A DNA stretch of 64,000 bases. Source: Candidatus Margulisiibacteriota bacterium (GTDB taxonomy: Bacteria; Margulisbacteria; Marinamargulisbacteria; JBFWNS01). Made by a program: the position numbers and the translations under genes. Positions 39,587-48,878 of the stretch are shown here, one piece after another; the stretch's first letter is position 1, and the number at the start of each line of letters is the position of its first letter. The notes beneath the pieces are model-generated. The model did no database searches and was not told where the DNA came from. It saw only the letters and a program-made list of their open reading frames with translations. Where the stretch lies: NCBI GenBank assembly GCA_050250935.1, contig JBFWNS010000003.1, positions 96,001 to 160,000 of the forward strand. The letters run 5' to 3'.

Positions 39587-40864
39587 ATGACACATTCTTC
39601 TCCCTGGCTTTCCAAAATAAGACACCGCCAAGATGATATTATTCATTGGATTTTGGAGTTGGAAAAACACAACCCCTTGCCCATTTATTCGTCGGTAGAT
39701 ATCCGCGATTCCGGCTATAAAGCCGCGGTGATCGATACGAATTTGTTTCCGGCTGGGTTTAACAATTTGTGCCATTTGTCTTTGGAATTTGGGGCCAAGG
39801 TTTTTAAAGAAGCCATGTTGCGCCGTGTTCCAGGTGCAAAACGGGTCTTGGTTGTGGCCGAAGAACATACCCGAAACCCTTGGTATATTGAAAATGTACG
39901 CAGTTTGGTGGGCATGGTTTCGGCTGCAGGCTTCGATTGTTTGGCGGCAACATTCATGGATTCGGAATTTGCTTTTTGCGAAACCAGTGAGTCTATTTTG
40001 TTGGATGGGGCCAGTGGGCAACCCTTTGAAATGTTTTGCCTGAAACAACTGCTGGCCAAACACCGTTCTGGCGAGATTCATTTTGATGCAGTTTTACTGA
40101 ACAACGATTTAACCGCTGGGATTCCCGAAATGTTGGCCGATTTGGAAATTCCCATGTTTCCTTCAAAATCGGCAGGTTGGCATTCCCGCTTAAAATCCAC
40201 CCACTTTACCTATTCGAACACGATGCTGGACGAATTGGCTTATAAATTGGGTGTGGATTCTTGGTTTTTTTCTTGTTTCCACGCATCCGTGGCCGATGTG
40301 AATGTGAATGAGTCCCAAGACAGACTGCGCTTGGCAGACGAAGCTTCGGGGCTATTTGCTAAAATCCGCGAAAAACATGCTTTACATGGCATCGACGATA
40401 AACCCCTGATTTTTTTGAAGTCCGATTCTGGCACCTATGGCATGGGTGTGATGCCCATCGAGGATCCCAATGATATCTTGGACTTAAATCGCAAAGCCCG
40501 AAACCAGCTGTACAAAGGGAAGGGCTCCCAGGTGATTCAGCGCTTTTTGCTTCAAGAAGGGATTCCGACCTTGTCTTCGGTGGACAATGCCATTAGCGAG
40601 CCTTGTATTTATCAGATCGACAATCAGTTTGTGGGTGGGTTTTATCGGGTTAATTCCCAAAAATCGGGGCGGGAGAATTTGAATTCTCAGGGTATGTTTT
40701 TTAAGAAAATGTGTGCGTCATCAACCGATTCTCACTGTTTAAAAGAAGATTGTGGTGCGCCGCCCAGCGAATCTTTGGATGGGTATTGCATTTTGGCCAA
40801 AATTGCTGGCATTGCGGCGGCTCGCGAAATTCGAGATTTAGAAACCACCCCTCCTGCTCAATGA
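39587..40864 (+). CDS. gshA: Glutamate--cysteine ligase (ATP-grasp type GshA)
   Basis: PIYSSVDIRDSGYKAAVIDTNLFPAGFNNL, EEHTRN, GWHSRLKS, GTYGMG, GGFYR, ENLNS; coupled to gshB. Confidence 0.9.
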   Translation: MTHSSPWLSKIRHRQDDIIHWILELEKHNPLPIYSSVDIRDSGYKAAVIDTNLFPAGFNNLCHLSLEFGAKVFKEAMLRRVPGAKRVLVVAEEHTRNPWYIENVRSLVGMVSAAGFDCLAATFMDSEFAFCETSESILLDGASGQPFEMFCLKQLLAKHRSGEIHFDAVLLNNDLTAGIPEMLADLEIPMFPSKSAGWHSRLKSTHFTYSNTMLDELAYKLGVDSWFFSCFHASVADVNVNESQDRLRLADEASGLFAKIREKHALHGIDDKPLIFLKSDSGTYGMGVMPIEDPNDILDLNRKARNQLYKGKGSQVIQRFLLQEGIPTLSSVDNAISEPCIYQIDNQFVGGFYRVNSQKSGRENLNSQGMFFKKMCASSTDSHCLKEDCGAPPSESLDGYCILAKIAGIAAAREIRDLETTPPAQ

Positions 40865-41787
40865 ATATCGTTTTTTTAATGGATCCCCTCCCTACCATTA
40901 AGCCAAACAAAGACACCAGTTTTGCCTTGATGTTGGCTGCCCACAAAAGAGGCCATTCGGTTTTTTTCTTGGGCAATACGAACCTGTATTATGCCAATCA
41001 AGGCATTCAATTTAGGGTGAATCGGGTGGTTCCCATCGATAGATCCGAAAATCCCTTCGAGGTTTTCCCCGAACAGCATCTGGGACAAGACGCGGTGGAT
41101 GTGGTTTTTATTCGAACCGATCCTCCCTTTGATGACCGCTATTTGATGAATACCTGGCTTTTGGATCGCCTGCCTGACCGGGTTAAGGTGGTTAACAATC
41201 CCACTGGTGTTCGGACCGTCAACGAAAAGCTCTGGGCGCTTCAATTTACCGATTTGATTCCCGAGACTACGGTGACCTGTAAAAAAGCGGTTTACGCCGA
41301 TTTTTTGGCCCATCATAAAACCATTATTGCGAAACCCACGGGTGGGTATGGCGGGTCTGCTGTGTTTAAGGTTCAACAGGGCGAAACCAATGCCTCGGTT
41401 ATTTTTGAATCCTTGTCGGCTGGCGAAACCCAAGAGGTGATTCTACAACCCTACATTCCCGAGGCTGATATCGGCGATAAACGGATTTTGCTTTTAAACG
41501 GCGAGCCCTTGGGGGCGGTGTTACGGGTTCATGCCCCTGGCGAGCACCGCAATAATTTTTTTGCTGGCGGTCATCCCGAGCCTGTTGGTATTACCCCCAG
41601 AGATTGGGAAATTATTAAAACCCTAAAACCAAAGCTGTTGGAACTTGGGCTTTATTTTGTGGGAATCGATGTGATCGGCGACTATTTAATCGAAGTGAAT
41701 GTGACCTCCCCAACCTGTATCCGAGAAATGGAAGCCATTTCTGGAGAGGATTTGGCGGGGAGGGTTGTTGACGCTTTAACTATCTAA
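40861..41787 (+). CDS. gshB: Glutathione synthetase
   Basis: FLMDP, KDTS, RTDPPFD, NEKL, GDKRI, GIDVIG, EVNVTSPT; ATGA overlap with gshA. Confidence 0.96.
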   Translation: MNIVFLMDPLPTIKPNKDTSFALMLAAHKRGHSVFFLGNTNLYYANQGIQFRVNRVVPIDRSENPFEVFPEQHLGQDAVDVVFIRTDPPFDDRYLMNTWLLDRLPDRVKVVNNPTGVRTVNEKLWALQFTDLIPETTVTCKKAVYADFLAHHKTIIAKPTGGYGGSAVFKVQQGETNASVIFESLSAGETQEVILQPYIPEADIGDKRILLLNGEPLGAVLRVHAPGEHRNNFFAGGHPEPVGITPRDWEIIKTLKPKLLELGLYFVGIDVIGDYLIEVNVTSPTCIREMEAISGEDLAGRVVDALTI

Positions 41788-41791
41788 ATTT

Positions 41792-42946
41792 TTAGCTATC
41801 TAGGCTGGATAATAACGCTTTTGCTTCTTCGATAACGGGAACAATAATAGCTAGGCCAGCGCCAATACGCCCTGCGCGCCAGCCTAATCCTTTTAAGAGT
41901 GCCAGAGGCCCCTCTTCTTTAACAATTTTATTGAACGCTTTGAGTGATTCTTTCAATTCGGCCAATAAGAAGTTCCTTTTCCAGGGTTCAGGGTTTGTCC
42001 TTGAAAGTTCTTGTAGAATGGTTTTAATTCGATTGAAGGGTTGGGTGATGGTGGCTGCGCCAAGTCCAGCAATGGCTCCACCCAGTGCGTTTCGGGTTGT
42101 TTGTGGATCTAGAAAAGGGACATAGTGTTGAAGGGTTGAATTTTGAATGGGTAGCCTTTTTCCAACCTCGGGTCCAAGAACGGCTGCGGCTGCCCCGTAG
42201 GGGATTTCTCTTCCTAGAATGGGGCCTACTCCCACTAAAAGTCCAGAGACACCTATGCGTTTGTATTGAGACCTCAGTGTGGTCCAGGCGGATACCTTTT
42301 TGTCCAGCAATTGCATGGTGTTGACCAATTCGCTGATTGTTGAAAACGCAGATCCGCCGACACCTGCAAAAAAGGCCGACGCAAGTTTCCATTGGGGTGT
42401 CATTGGCCTGTTGTCCTTGTATAAGGAGTCATGTAAATGCTCCACTGCATGTTGTGAAGCTTTAATGGCTGAAATATAAGCTGGGCGCAGTAAAAGTTGG
42501 ATAGGAAGTCCTCGGTAAAGCACCGAAATGCCTTCCTTTTTCACAATTTGAGGCATAGAAAGAGTGCGGTATTTTTCTAAAAGTCGGAGTGTTTGGAGAT
42601 TGTTGAATGGGGACCCTGTGGCTAAAAGTTCGGCTATACCCCCACATGATGCCGCGGCAACCGTGATGCTTAAAGGCGTTCTTCTGGTTTTTGAAGCTGG
42701 TGTGTTTGTAGGGATGCCAGCCGCTTCGAGGGCGTCGGCCTCTGTTCTGGTTAAAGGGTGGGGGTGTTTTAGATCAGCGTGATGAAGGGAAGGTGGTGGC
42801 GCAATGGGTGCCGGTGTCTTTGCGGGTGCTGGCGAAGCTGTGGGTGTAGGTGCTTTGTCTTTGGGTTGTCTAGACACTGCAACGGCGGTGCCAAGGGCTC
42901 CTACTGTTGCTACGGCTGCGGCCGTTCTTACTACTCTTGCTAACAT
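41792..42946 (-). CDS. Mitochondrial carrier family (SLC25/Solcar)-like protein with ~90-aa N-terminal extension
   Basis: Three ~100-aa repeats: PFNNLQTLR...KEGISVLYRG; ISELVNTMQ...IGVSGLLVG...REIPY; PFNRIKTILQ...EEGPLALLKG...RAGR. Bacterial RBS AAGGAG; no introns. Confidence 0.88.
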   Translation of the reverse strand: MLARVVRTAAAVATVGALGTAVAVSRQPKDKAPTPTASPAPAKTPAPIAPPPSLHHADLKHPHPLTRTEADALEAAGIPTNTPASKTRRTPLSITVAAASCGGIAELLATGSPFNNLQTLRLLEKYRTLSMPQIVKKEGISVLYRGLPIQLLLRPAYISAIKASQHAVEHLHDSLYKDNRPMTPQWKLASAFFAGVGGSAFSTISELVNTMQLLDKKVSAWTTLRSQYKRIGVSGLLVGVGPILGREIPYGAAAAVLGPEVGKRLPIQNSTLQHYVPFLDPQTTRNALGGAIAGLGAATITQPFNRIKTILQELSRTNPEPWKRNFLLAELKESLKAFNKIVKEEGPLALLKGLGWRAGRIGAGLAIIVPVIEEAKALLSSLDS

Positions 42947-43068
42947 TCGATCTCCTTGCGACGGGGTGGGGTTTTTGTAAGGGAAACTGGGGATGGTTTA
43001 AGGTTTTATAATTATCGGTATAATAAGAGAAAGAATTTCAACTTTTTCATTTCAGGGAAAGAAAATAT

Positions 43069-44643
43069 ATGGGAATTACCCTTAATCAACAAGGTTCTTA
43101 TTTAAAAAGCTGCCGCCAATTATTGTCCGAGTTGTCTTGGGGCAGTGGCGTCGAGAACTATGTTCTAAATAAAATTCCGTTTTCCTATGTGAATGGCTTG
43201 GATATGGCTGATCGGTTTGTGAAAACCTATGTTGCCCATGTGCAGCAAACTTTTAGAAATGCTTGGCCCAATGAACGATTTTTGGTGACTTTGGTTGGCG
43301 GGGGCAATGGGCTCTTGGCCAAGGCCTTTGTTCAAGGGCTAAAGCAGCAAGATCCCTTGCTTTTGGCCCAAACCGATATTTTGGTTTTGGAGCCACGGCG
43401 GGCGTTGGTGGACGCTTGCAAGACGGTGTTGCGGGATTATCCCCAGGTTCGGGTTCAACAATTTGTGTTTGATAGTCCCTTGGAAAAGCCCACCCTGGTT
43501 ATTTTTAATGGGAGCATCAGCAGTTGGCCGGCGTCGTTGTTCGAGGTTCAGGATGGCGTTTTGTCTGAACTGCATGTTCGAACAGAACTGGACGAGGATG
43601 CCATGGCCACCGAGTTGGAAGGGGGATTCCCCAAATCCTTGGATGCTTTTGAAATTGCCGAACGCTTAAGCCATTTTGATCGTATTCAAAGCCGGTCGTT
43701 TATTGACGAGGTGATGCCCTATTTGACCGATCATTTTTATGCAGTGCCTGCAACTTTGCTCATTCCACCAGAGCTAAAACAGTGGCTGGTGAACCGGGAC
43801 GAGCCCATTCGGTTTAGTTTGTCTAAAATTGCGCTTAATGTGTTGGATCAATTTTTTGCCTTGGATACCAGCTTGATTTTGATCCAAGATTTTGGTTTTG
43901 TGTTGGAATCGGCGAATCAGTCGTTTCGGGCCAGTACGCAACTGGGATCGACGATCTTTTTCCCCATTTGGTTTCCGTTGTACAAACACTGGGGGCAATC
44001 GCGGGGTTATCAGTCTTGGGCAACCCACAACAGCGCAGGTAGTGCCCAGGTTTTGGCTTTAACGCCTGCTTCGGTTCCTCAAATGACACCAGTTTTTGAA
44101 CAGGCTTTTTCTGAATTGGGAATTCGTCCTTTGGTGACGGCTTTGGCACGCTTGTCTGCGAAAGCCTCTAAAAAAGATTATTTGGCCCAGTTGGAGATTG
44201 AATTTTCCAAGTTGCCTTCGCTGTTGGCCAAAGACTATGCTTTTCATGTTAGTGTTGCCTGCGACTTGATCGCCAAACAAGGCTATGACGAGGCGTTGTC
44301 GTTGCTTGAACCCTTTATTCGTGACCACGAACCCTTTGCGATTTCGGCCCTATTTTTGATGGGCTATTGCCACGAGCAGAACAAACAATTGGAAAATGCC
44401 GAATGGTTCTACAAACAATGCTCGGGTGCTGCCCCAGATTTTTTTCCCGCGCTTGATGCTTTACTTCGGGTGTTGTGGGAAAAAGAAGACCATGCCGCTT
44501 GCGTTCCCCTCATCAAAAAAATGATGGGTTTTTCTGCTGCAAATCTGCGGTCGCTTTTGGGTAAACTTGGGGTTTGCTATTTAAAGCTGAATCAAGCCCA
44601 AAAAGCCGAAGATGTGCTGGCTTGGATGGCCAAGGGGCGCTAG
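43069..44643 (+). CDS. Protein with a degenerate SAM-methyltransferase-like N-terminal region and C-terminal TPR repeats
   Basis: GGGNGLLAKAF glycine loop and ILIQDFG; TPR-like ALFLMGYCHEQNKQLENAEWFY and LGVCYLKLNQAQKA. Confidence 0.55.
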   Translation: MGITLNQQGSYLKSCRQLLSELSWGSGVENYVLNKIPFSYVNGLDMADRFVKTYVAHVQQTFRNAWPNERFLVTLVGGGNGLLAKAFVQGLKQQDPLLLAQTDILVLEPRRALVDACKTVLRDYPQVRVQQFVFDSPLEKPTLVIFNGSISSWPASLFEVQDGVLSELHVRTELDEDAMATELEGGFPKSLDAFEIAERLSHFDRIQSRSFIDEVMPYLTDHFYAVPATLLIPPELKQWLVNRDEPIRFSLSKIALNVLDQFFALDTSLILIQDFGFVLESANQSFRASTQLGSTIFFPIWFPLYKHWGQSRGYQSWATHNSAGSAQVLALTPASVPQMTPVFEQAFSELGIRPLVTALARLSAKASKKDYLAQLEIEFSKLPSLLAKDYAFHVSVACDLIAKQGYDEALSLLEPFIRDHEPFAISALFLMGYCHEQNKQLENAEWFYKQCSGAAPDFFPALDALLRVLWEKEDHAACVPLIKKMMGFSAANLRSLLGKLGVCYLKLNQAQKAEDVLAWMAKGR

Positions 44644-45965
44644 GCTTTTTTGTCTCGGTGACCTTTGAAAAAGAGCCGAATGGGCACCCCTTCGAGTTCG
44701 CCAAAATAGTCGCGAAGACGCCGTTCTAGAAACCGCAAATAGTCGTCTTTGACGTTTTCCGTATGGTTTACAAAAAACACAAAGCTGGGCGGAGCTACCT
44801 CGGTTTGGGTGGCGTAATAGATGGTGACTTTTTTGCCATATTTGGCTGGCGGTGGGTTTCGCTTAACCACTTGCTCGACGAAGTTGTTCAGCTGGGGGGT
44901 GGGAATGCGGCGTTGGCTGCGGGTGATGATGCTGGGAATCAAGTCCAAAACTTTCGAAATATTTTTGCTGTCCTTGGCCGATCCAAATACCATGGGATAG
45001 TTTACCAGGGCGGGAAACAAGGCCTCGGCTTCGGCCTTCATGTGGGCTTGTTTGTCGGGGGTAATCAGGTCGCATTTGTTGATGAAGACAATCATGTTGC
45101 GGTGTTCGTCTAGTACCTTGCGAATGATTTTTCGGTCTTGTTCTTCCAAATAGTTTTCGCTGGAAAGCACGACCACGACAATGTCGCTGGCAGCAATGGC
45201 TTTGCTGGCCCGAACCACCGAATAAAATTCCAAGCCATCTTCAACATTGGCTTTTTTGCGCATGCCTGCTGTGTCCACAAAGACATAGGTGTTGCCGTGG
45301 GTTTTGAAAAAGACATCAGCACTGTCCCGGGTGGTGCCCGCTGTTTCGTCGACAATCATGACGTCTTTTCGGACAATGGCGTTGATTAAAGACGATTTTC
45401 CCGCATTCGGTCTTCCCACCAAAGCAATGCGATAGGTGGTTTTGAAGACGTCGGTTTCGGGCTCTGGAAACCCCTGGGTTAAGCTAGAAAGCAATAGCGC
45501 CACACCCTTGCCTTGGGTGGCCGAAATGGGAAGGGCTTCGCCAAAACCCAGTTTCAAAAATTCGCTTAAAGCCAGTTGATCGGTGTTGCTGTCGGCCTTG
45601 TTGGCCACCAAGGTGACTTTGTCTTGAAAAGGATACAGCTGTTTGGCTATGTCTTTGTCTGTCGGTAAAAGCCCGGCTTGGCAGTCTACCACCAAAATAA
45701 TACGGTCCACTTCTGCAAGTTTTTGAACAATTTTTTCTTCAACTTTATCTTGCAATTTGGGATTGTGTTTTTCCAGCATTAAGCCAGCACTATCCACCAA
45801 GAAAAAGGATTTTTTCTGCCAAGAAACGGGGTAAGACACCAGGTCACGGGTAATGCCAGGTTGGTCCAGGGTAATGGCTTTTTTGGACTTGGTAATGTGG
45901 TTAATGAGGGTAGATTTGCCAACGTTTGGTCGGCCAATAATTAAAATTTCTGGGATATGGGTCAT
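44640..45965 (-). CDS. der: Ribosome biogenesis GTPase Der (EngA)
   Basis: Two G domains (GRPNVGKS, GRPNAGKS; DSAG/DTAG; NKAD/NKCD) and a KH-like C-terminus. Confidence 0.96.
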   Translation of the reverse strand: MTHIPEILIIGRPNVGKSTLINHITKSKKAITLDQPGITRDLVSYPVSWQKKSFFLVDSAGLMLEKHNPKLQDKVEEKIVQKLAEVDRIILVVDCQAGLLPTDKDIAKQLYPFQDKVTLVANKADSNTDQLALSEFLKLGFGEALPISATQGKGVALLLSSLTQGFPEPETDVFKTTYRIALVGRPNAGKSSLINAIVRKDVMIVDETAGTTRDSADVFFKTHGNTYVFVDTAGMRKKANVEDGLEFYSVVRASKAIAASDIVVVVLSSENYLEEQDRKIIRKVLDEHRNMIVFINKCDLITPDKQAHMKAEAEALFPALVNYPMVFGSAKDSKNISKVLDLIPSIITRSQRRIPTPQLNNFVEQVVKRNPPPAKYGKKVTIYYATQTEVAPPSFVFFVNHTENVKDDYLRFLERRLRDYFGELEGVPIRLFFKGHRDKKA

Positions 45966-46576
45966 GGGAGTTTCAGTATCGGCATCGGAATGAAGCCGCC
46001 TTCGCTAAAATTTAAAAGTCCAATCTGGATGCCAGACAGCTTTTTTTCGGAAAAATTGATCAGGCCAAACTGGATGCCATAGGTTTGAATGGCCGTATTC
46101 AGAAGGCCAATTTGGAGGCCTAGGTTGTCCCCCGCGCTATTCCAGGCGGCGAATTGGGGGCCATGGCTTTTGTTTGTGGCGCTGTTGTACAGGAGGCTAA
46201 GGCTGGGGGAATTGGCGTTTTTTGCAAGTTGAATCAAGCCCAAATGAAGGCCAAAGGTGTCTTCGGAGGCGTTTAACAAGCCAAGCCGAAATCCAAAACT
46301 TTTGGGAGCGATGTTGACCAAACCCAGTTCAATACCCACTTGTTTTTCGGTGGTTTCGTTGTAAATGCCCAGGTCGATTCCTGTCATAAAGCCAACTTTG
46401 CCATAGGGTAAATTGATTCTTAGCCCCTTCACCATTTGGGGTTGGGGGATGGCCATGCCATCAAAAACAGAGAATTGAAGCGGGGCCGCATTGGCTTCGG
46501 CCATCGGTTCTTTGTAGCCAAGCGCAAAGAGTGGGACGTGGCAAAGTAGCAAAAGCGCAATTATAAACCGTTTCAT
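45962..46576 (-). CDS. Exported repeat protein (LA_2272-like G-x-Q-x-G-L-x-N repeats)
   Basis: Signal peptide MKRFIIALLLL; repeats GIELGLVN, GFRLGLLN, GLQIGLLN, GIQFGLIN, GIQIGLLN. Confidence 0.75.
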   Translation of the reverse strand: MKRFIIALLLLCHVPLFALGYKEPMAEANAAPLQFSVFDGMAIPQPQMVKGLRINLPYGKVGFMTGIDLGIYNETTEKQVGIELGLVNIAPKSFGFRLGLLNASEDTFGLHLGLIQLAKNANSPSLSLLYNSATNKSHGPQFAAWNSAGDNLGLQIGLLNTAIQTYGIQFGLINFSEKKLSGIQIGLLNFSEGGFIPMPILKLP

Positions 46577-46590
46577 GGGGCCCAAGTATA

Positions 46591-47976
46591 TCAGAACAGG
46601 GGGTCTTTGGGTAATTGGGCGCGAAACCACTCGCGCTTGGGTTTGAGTCCGAATGCCAGCTCTTCGGGGTAAGGAAAAAAGTGTTTGGGGATTTTAAAGG
46701 GAGGCAGGTGTTTGGCCAAGGCTTGTTTAAGGGCTTGGCTGTCTAAGGGGGTTTGTAACACCCAAGCTACCGGGACCTGTCCGTATCGGGGATGGGGAAC
46801 GGGTAGGACAACCGCTTTTTGAACGCCGGGTAGGGCCAAGAGGGCGGTTTCGATTTCTTCTGGGTAGCAATTTTCGCCCCCGCTGATGAACTGGTTGTCC
46901 TTTCGCCCCGTAATGACCAAGCGGCCAGAATGGGTAAAGTGTCCCATGTCTCCCGTTCTGAACCAGCCATTTTCGTCGATTGGGCAGTCTATTTTTCCGG
47001 AATCTTGAAGATATCCCAGAAACAAGGTGTTGCCTTTGACGCCCATTTCACCATCTTCGTATCGGTGAATGTGTCGGTGTTCGAGCACCGTGCCGCTGGT
47101 AATGGGGTGGGCCAGAGCCGATTGTTCTAAGCTGACCAAGGCCGTGGTTTCGGTGAGCCCATAGGTGGTAAACAAGGGAAACCCTGCTCGTACCCCTTCT
47201 TCGATGCGTTGGGTCACAATGGGGCCTCCGCCAACCAAAACCGATTTTAAAGGGGTTTTCCAGGGGGCATCGGGGTTGGCCAACAGGTCTAGCAGTTGCG
47301 GATGCACAATCGAAATGTGGTTGGGGTTGTATCGGGCCAGCGCATCAATTATGGGTTCTTTTTGGGCTGGGACGATGAGGGCTCCTCCGGTTAAAAACGT
47401 ACGAAACAAAGCCCCTAAACCGCTGACATGATAAAGCGGCAAAGAAAGCAAGGTCGTGTCGTTCTGGCTAATATTTAAAACGGGAATGGCTCCCAAAGCG
47501 CTGTAGAGACAATTTTGCCAGCTCAGTAAAACGGCTTTGGGGGATCCTGTGCTTCCCGAGGTGGTCAAACAAAGGGCTGGTTCGGTCTCTGTAAAAGAAA
47601 CACTTTGATGCAAGGGGTCGCAGGGAAAATGCACCGGTGGCAGTTGGGTTGTTTTTTCGAGAATGTCGCTTAAGGCTTGTTGTCCCAATGTAGGGTTTAA
47701 AAGCAAAGCACATTTTCGAAGCCTAAAGCTGGCAAAAAGTCCCACAAAAGTGGTGTAGGGAATTGGTGTTGCTGTTAAAAAGGCTGTCATCCCTGCTTCG
47801 GTTTGGTGTTTGAGGGTGTCGCAGGTGGCGAGAATGTCTTCGTTAAATTTGTTGTAGGAAATGGGTTGGTTTTGGTGAATCAGAGCAGTCGCCAAAGGGG
47901 TTTCTTTGGCCCAATACGCAATGGGGCACCAGGCTTCTTCGAGAATACGATTAGGAGAGTCTGTCGAGATGTCCAT
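46591..47976 (-). CDS. menE: O-succinylbenzoate--CoA ligase
   Basis: TSGSTGSPK, YGLTET, GWFRTGDMG, GRKDNQFISGGEN; follows menA-menC. Confidence 0.9.
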   Translation of the reverse strand: MDISTDSPNRILEEAWCPIAYWAKETPLATALIHQNQPISYNKFNEDILATCDTLKHQTEAGMTAFLTATPIPYTTFVGLFASFRLRKCALLLNPTLGQQALSDILEKTTQLPPVHFPCDPLHQSVSFTETEPALCLTTSGSTGSPKAVLLSWQNCLYSALGAIPVLNISQNDTTLLSLPLYHVSGLGALFRTFLTGGALIVPAQKEPIIDALARYNPNHISIVHPQLLDLLANPDAPWKTPLKSVLVGGGPIVTQRIEEGVRAGFPLFTTYGLTETTALVSLEQSALAHPITSGTVLEHRHIHRYEDGEMGVKGNTLFLGYLQDSGKIDCPIDENGWFRTGDMGHFTHSGRLVITGRKDNQFISGGENCYPEEIETALLALPGVQKAVVLPVPHPRYGQVPVAWVLQTPLDSQALKQALAKHLPPFKIPKHFFPYPEELAFGLKPKREWFRAQLPKDPLF

Positions 47977-48877
47977 GTGTTTCTCCAATGAATGGGGGAT
48001 GATCGGGATTGTGGATCCAGGCGCCCAGTCCCGAACAAGTGGTTGGGGCCAACACCTGGGCAATCTGAAGCAGAAATTCCGTTTCCACCTGGGTTTCGTA
48101 CCCCGAACTGATGATGGGGTCTATCCCATTGTTTTTGAGATGTGGAAGTTTATTTTTGAGTTCTTGAAGCCCCCCTTGTAGTGCTGCTCGAACAATAAGG
48201 GCTTTGATGGCACCCGAGTTCAAAATCTCGGGTTGGAATGGGGATTCGTCCAGGGCAAAACGGCGTCCGGTTTTCCGATAAAGTCGCAGAGTGTCGGTGC
48301 TATTGGGGGTGGGTTCTTCGATATAGTCGATGTTTAAATCGAGGGTCTTTTGGCAAAAAAACAAGGCCTCTTCATAGGTCCAGCCTTGGTTGGCATCCAG
48401 ACGAAAGTGGGCAGGATGTTGGGTGCTTAGGTTTTTGAGGAGTTCAATTTCTGTTTGAGGGTCAAGCCGTCCCACCTTCAATTTAAAGGTTCGAAATCCC
48501 TGTTTCCATTTGGCTTTGAATTGGCTTTGGATGGATTCGGCGTCGCCAGATAGTAGGGCATGAATGGGAACGGGTTGGGTCTGGCGTGGGGCCTCAAAAA
48601 AATCGGCGAGGCTAGACTGATGGTTGATCCAAGCCCATTCCAAAGCGAATCGAAGGGTGGATGGCAAGGCTTTGGACAAGCTGTTTGGATGCTGAAGGGG
48701 GCCCTGGTTTTGGATCAGCTCCAACAACTGTTCGGGCGTTTCTGGGGACAACCCTGGCAAAGGCGAGAGTTCCAACAGATGTTTGTTCAGTTGCCAATAC
48801 AGTCCTTCGCGGTGGTGAATCCAGTGACCTCCCACCGGCAGGGCCTGGGGCAAAGGAATGGAAAACCGCGACATCAT
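47951..48877 (-). CDS. menC: O-succinylbenzoate synthase
   Basis: Enolase-superfamily motifs KLKVG, RLDAN, YIEEP, ALDES; REGL...ELSPLPG N-terminus. Confidence 0.88.
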   Translation of the reverse strand: MMSRFSIPLPQALPVGGHWIHHREGLYWQLNKHLLELSPLPGLSPETPEQLLELIQNQGPLQHPNSLSKALPSTLRFALEWAWINHQSSLADFFEAPRQTQPVPIHALLSGDAESIQSQFKAKWKQGFRTFKLKVGRLDPQTEIELLKNLSTQHPAHFRLDANQGWTYEEALFFCQKTLDLNIDYIEEPTPNSTDTLRLYRKTGRRFALDESPFQPEILNSGAIKALIVRAALQGGLQELKNKLPHLKNNGIDPIISSGYETQVETEFLLQIAQVLAPTTCSGLGAWIHNPDHPPFIGETHGHLDRLS

Positions 48878-48878
48878 G

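Noticed and set aside
39587..42946. Functional link between gshAB and the adjacent carrier (a glutathione carrier like SLC25A39)
   Set aside because: The genes are convergent, not co-transcribed, and differ in codon style. No subfamily-specific feature was recognised, so adjacency is probably just the insertion site.
41792..42946. Eukaryotic contamination as the source of the carrier gene
   Set aside because: It is intronless, has a Shine-Dalgarno, and is tightly packed between intact bacterial genes (4 nt from gshB). Contamination is unlikely, though read-level confirmation is still needed.
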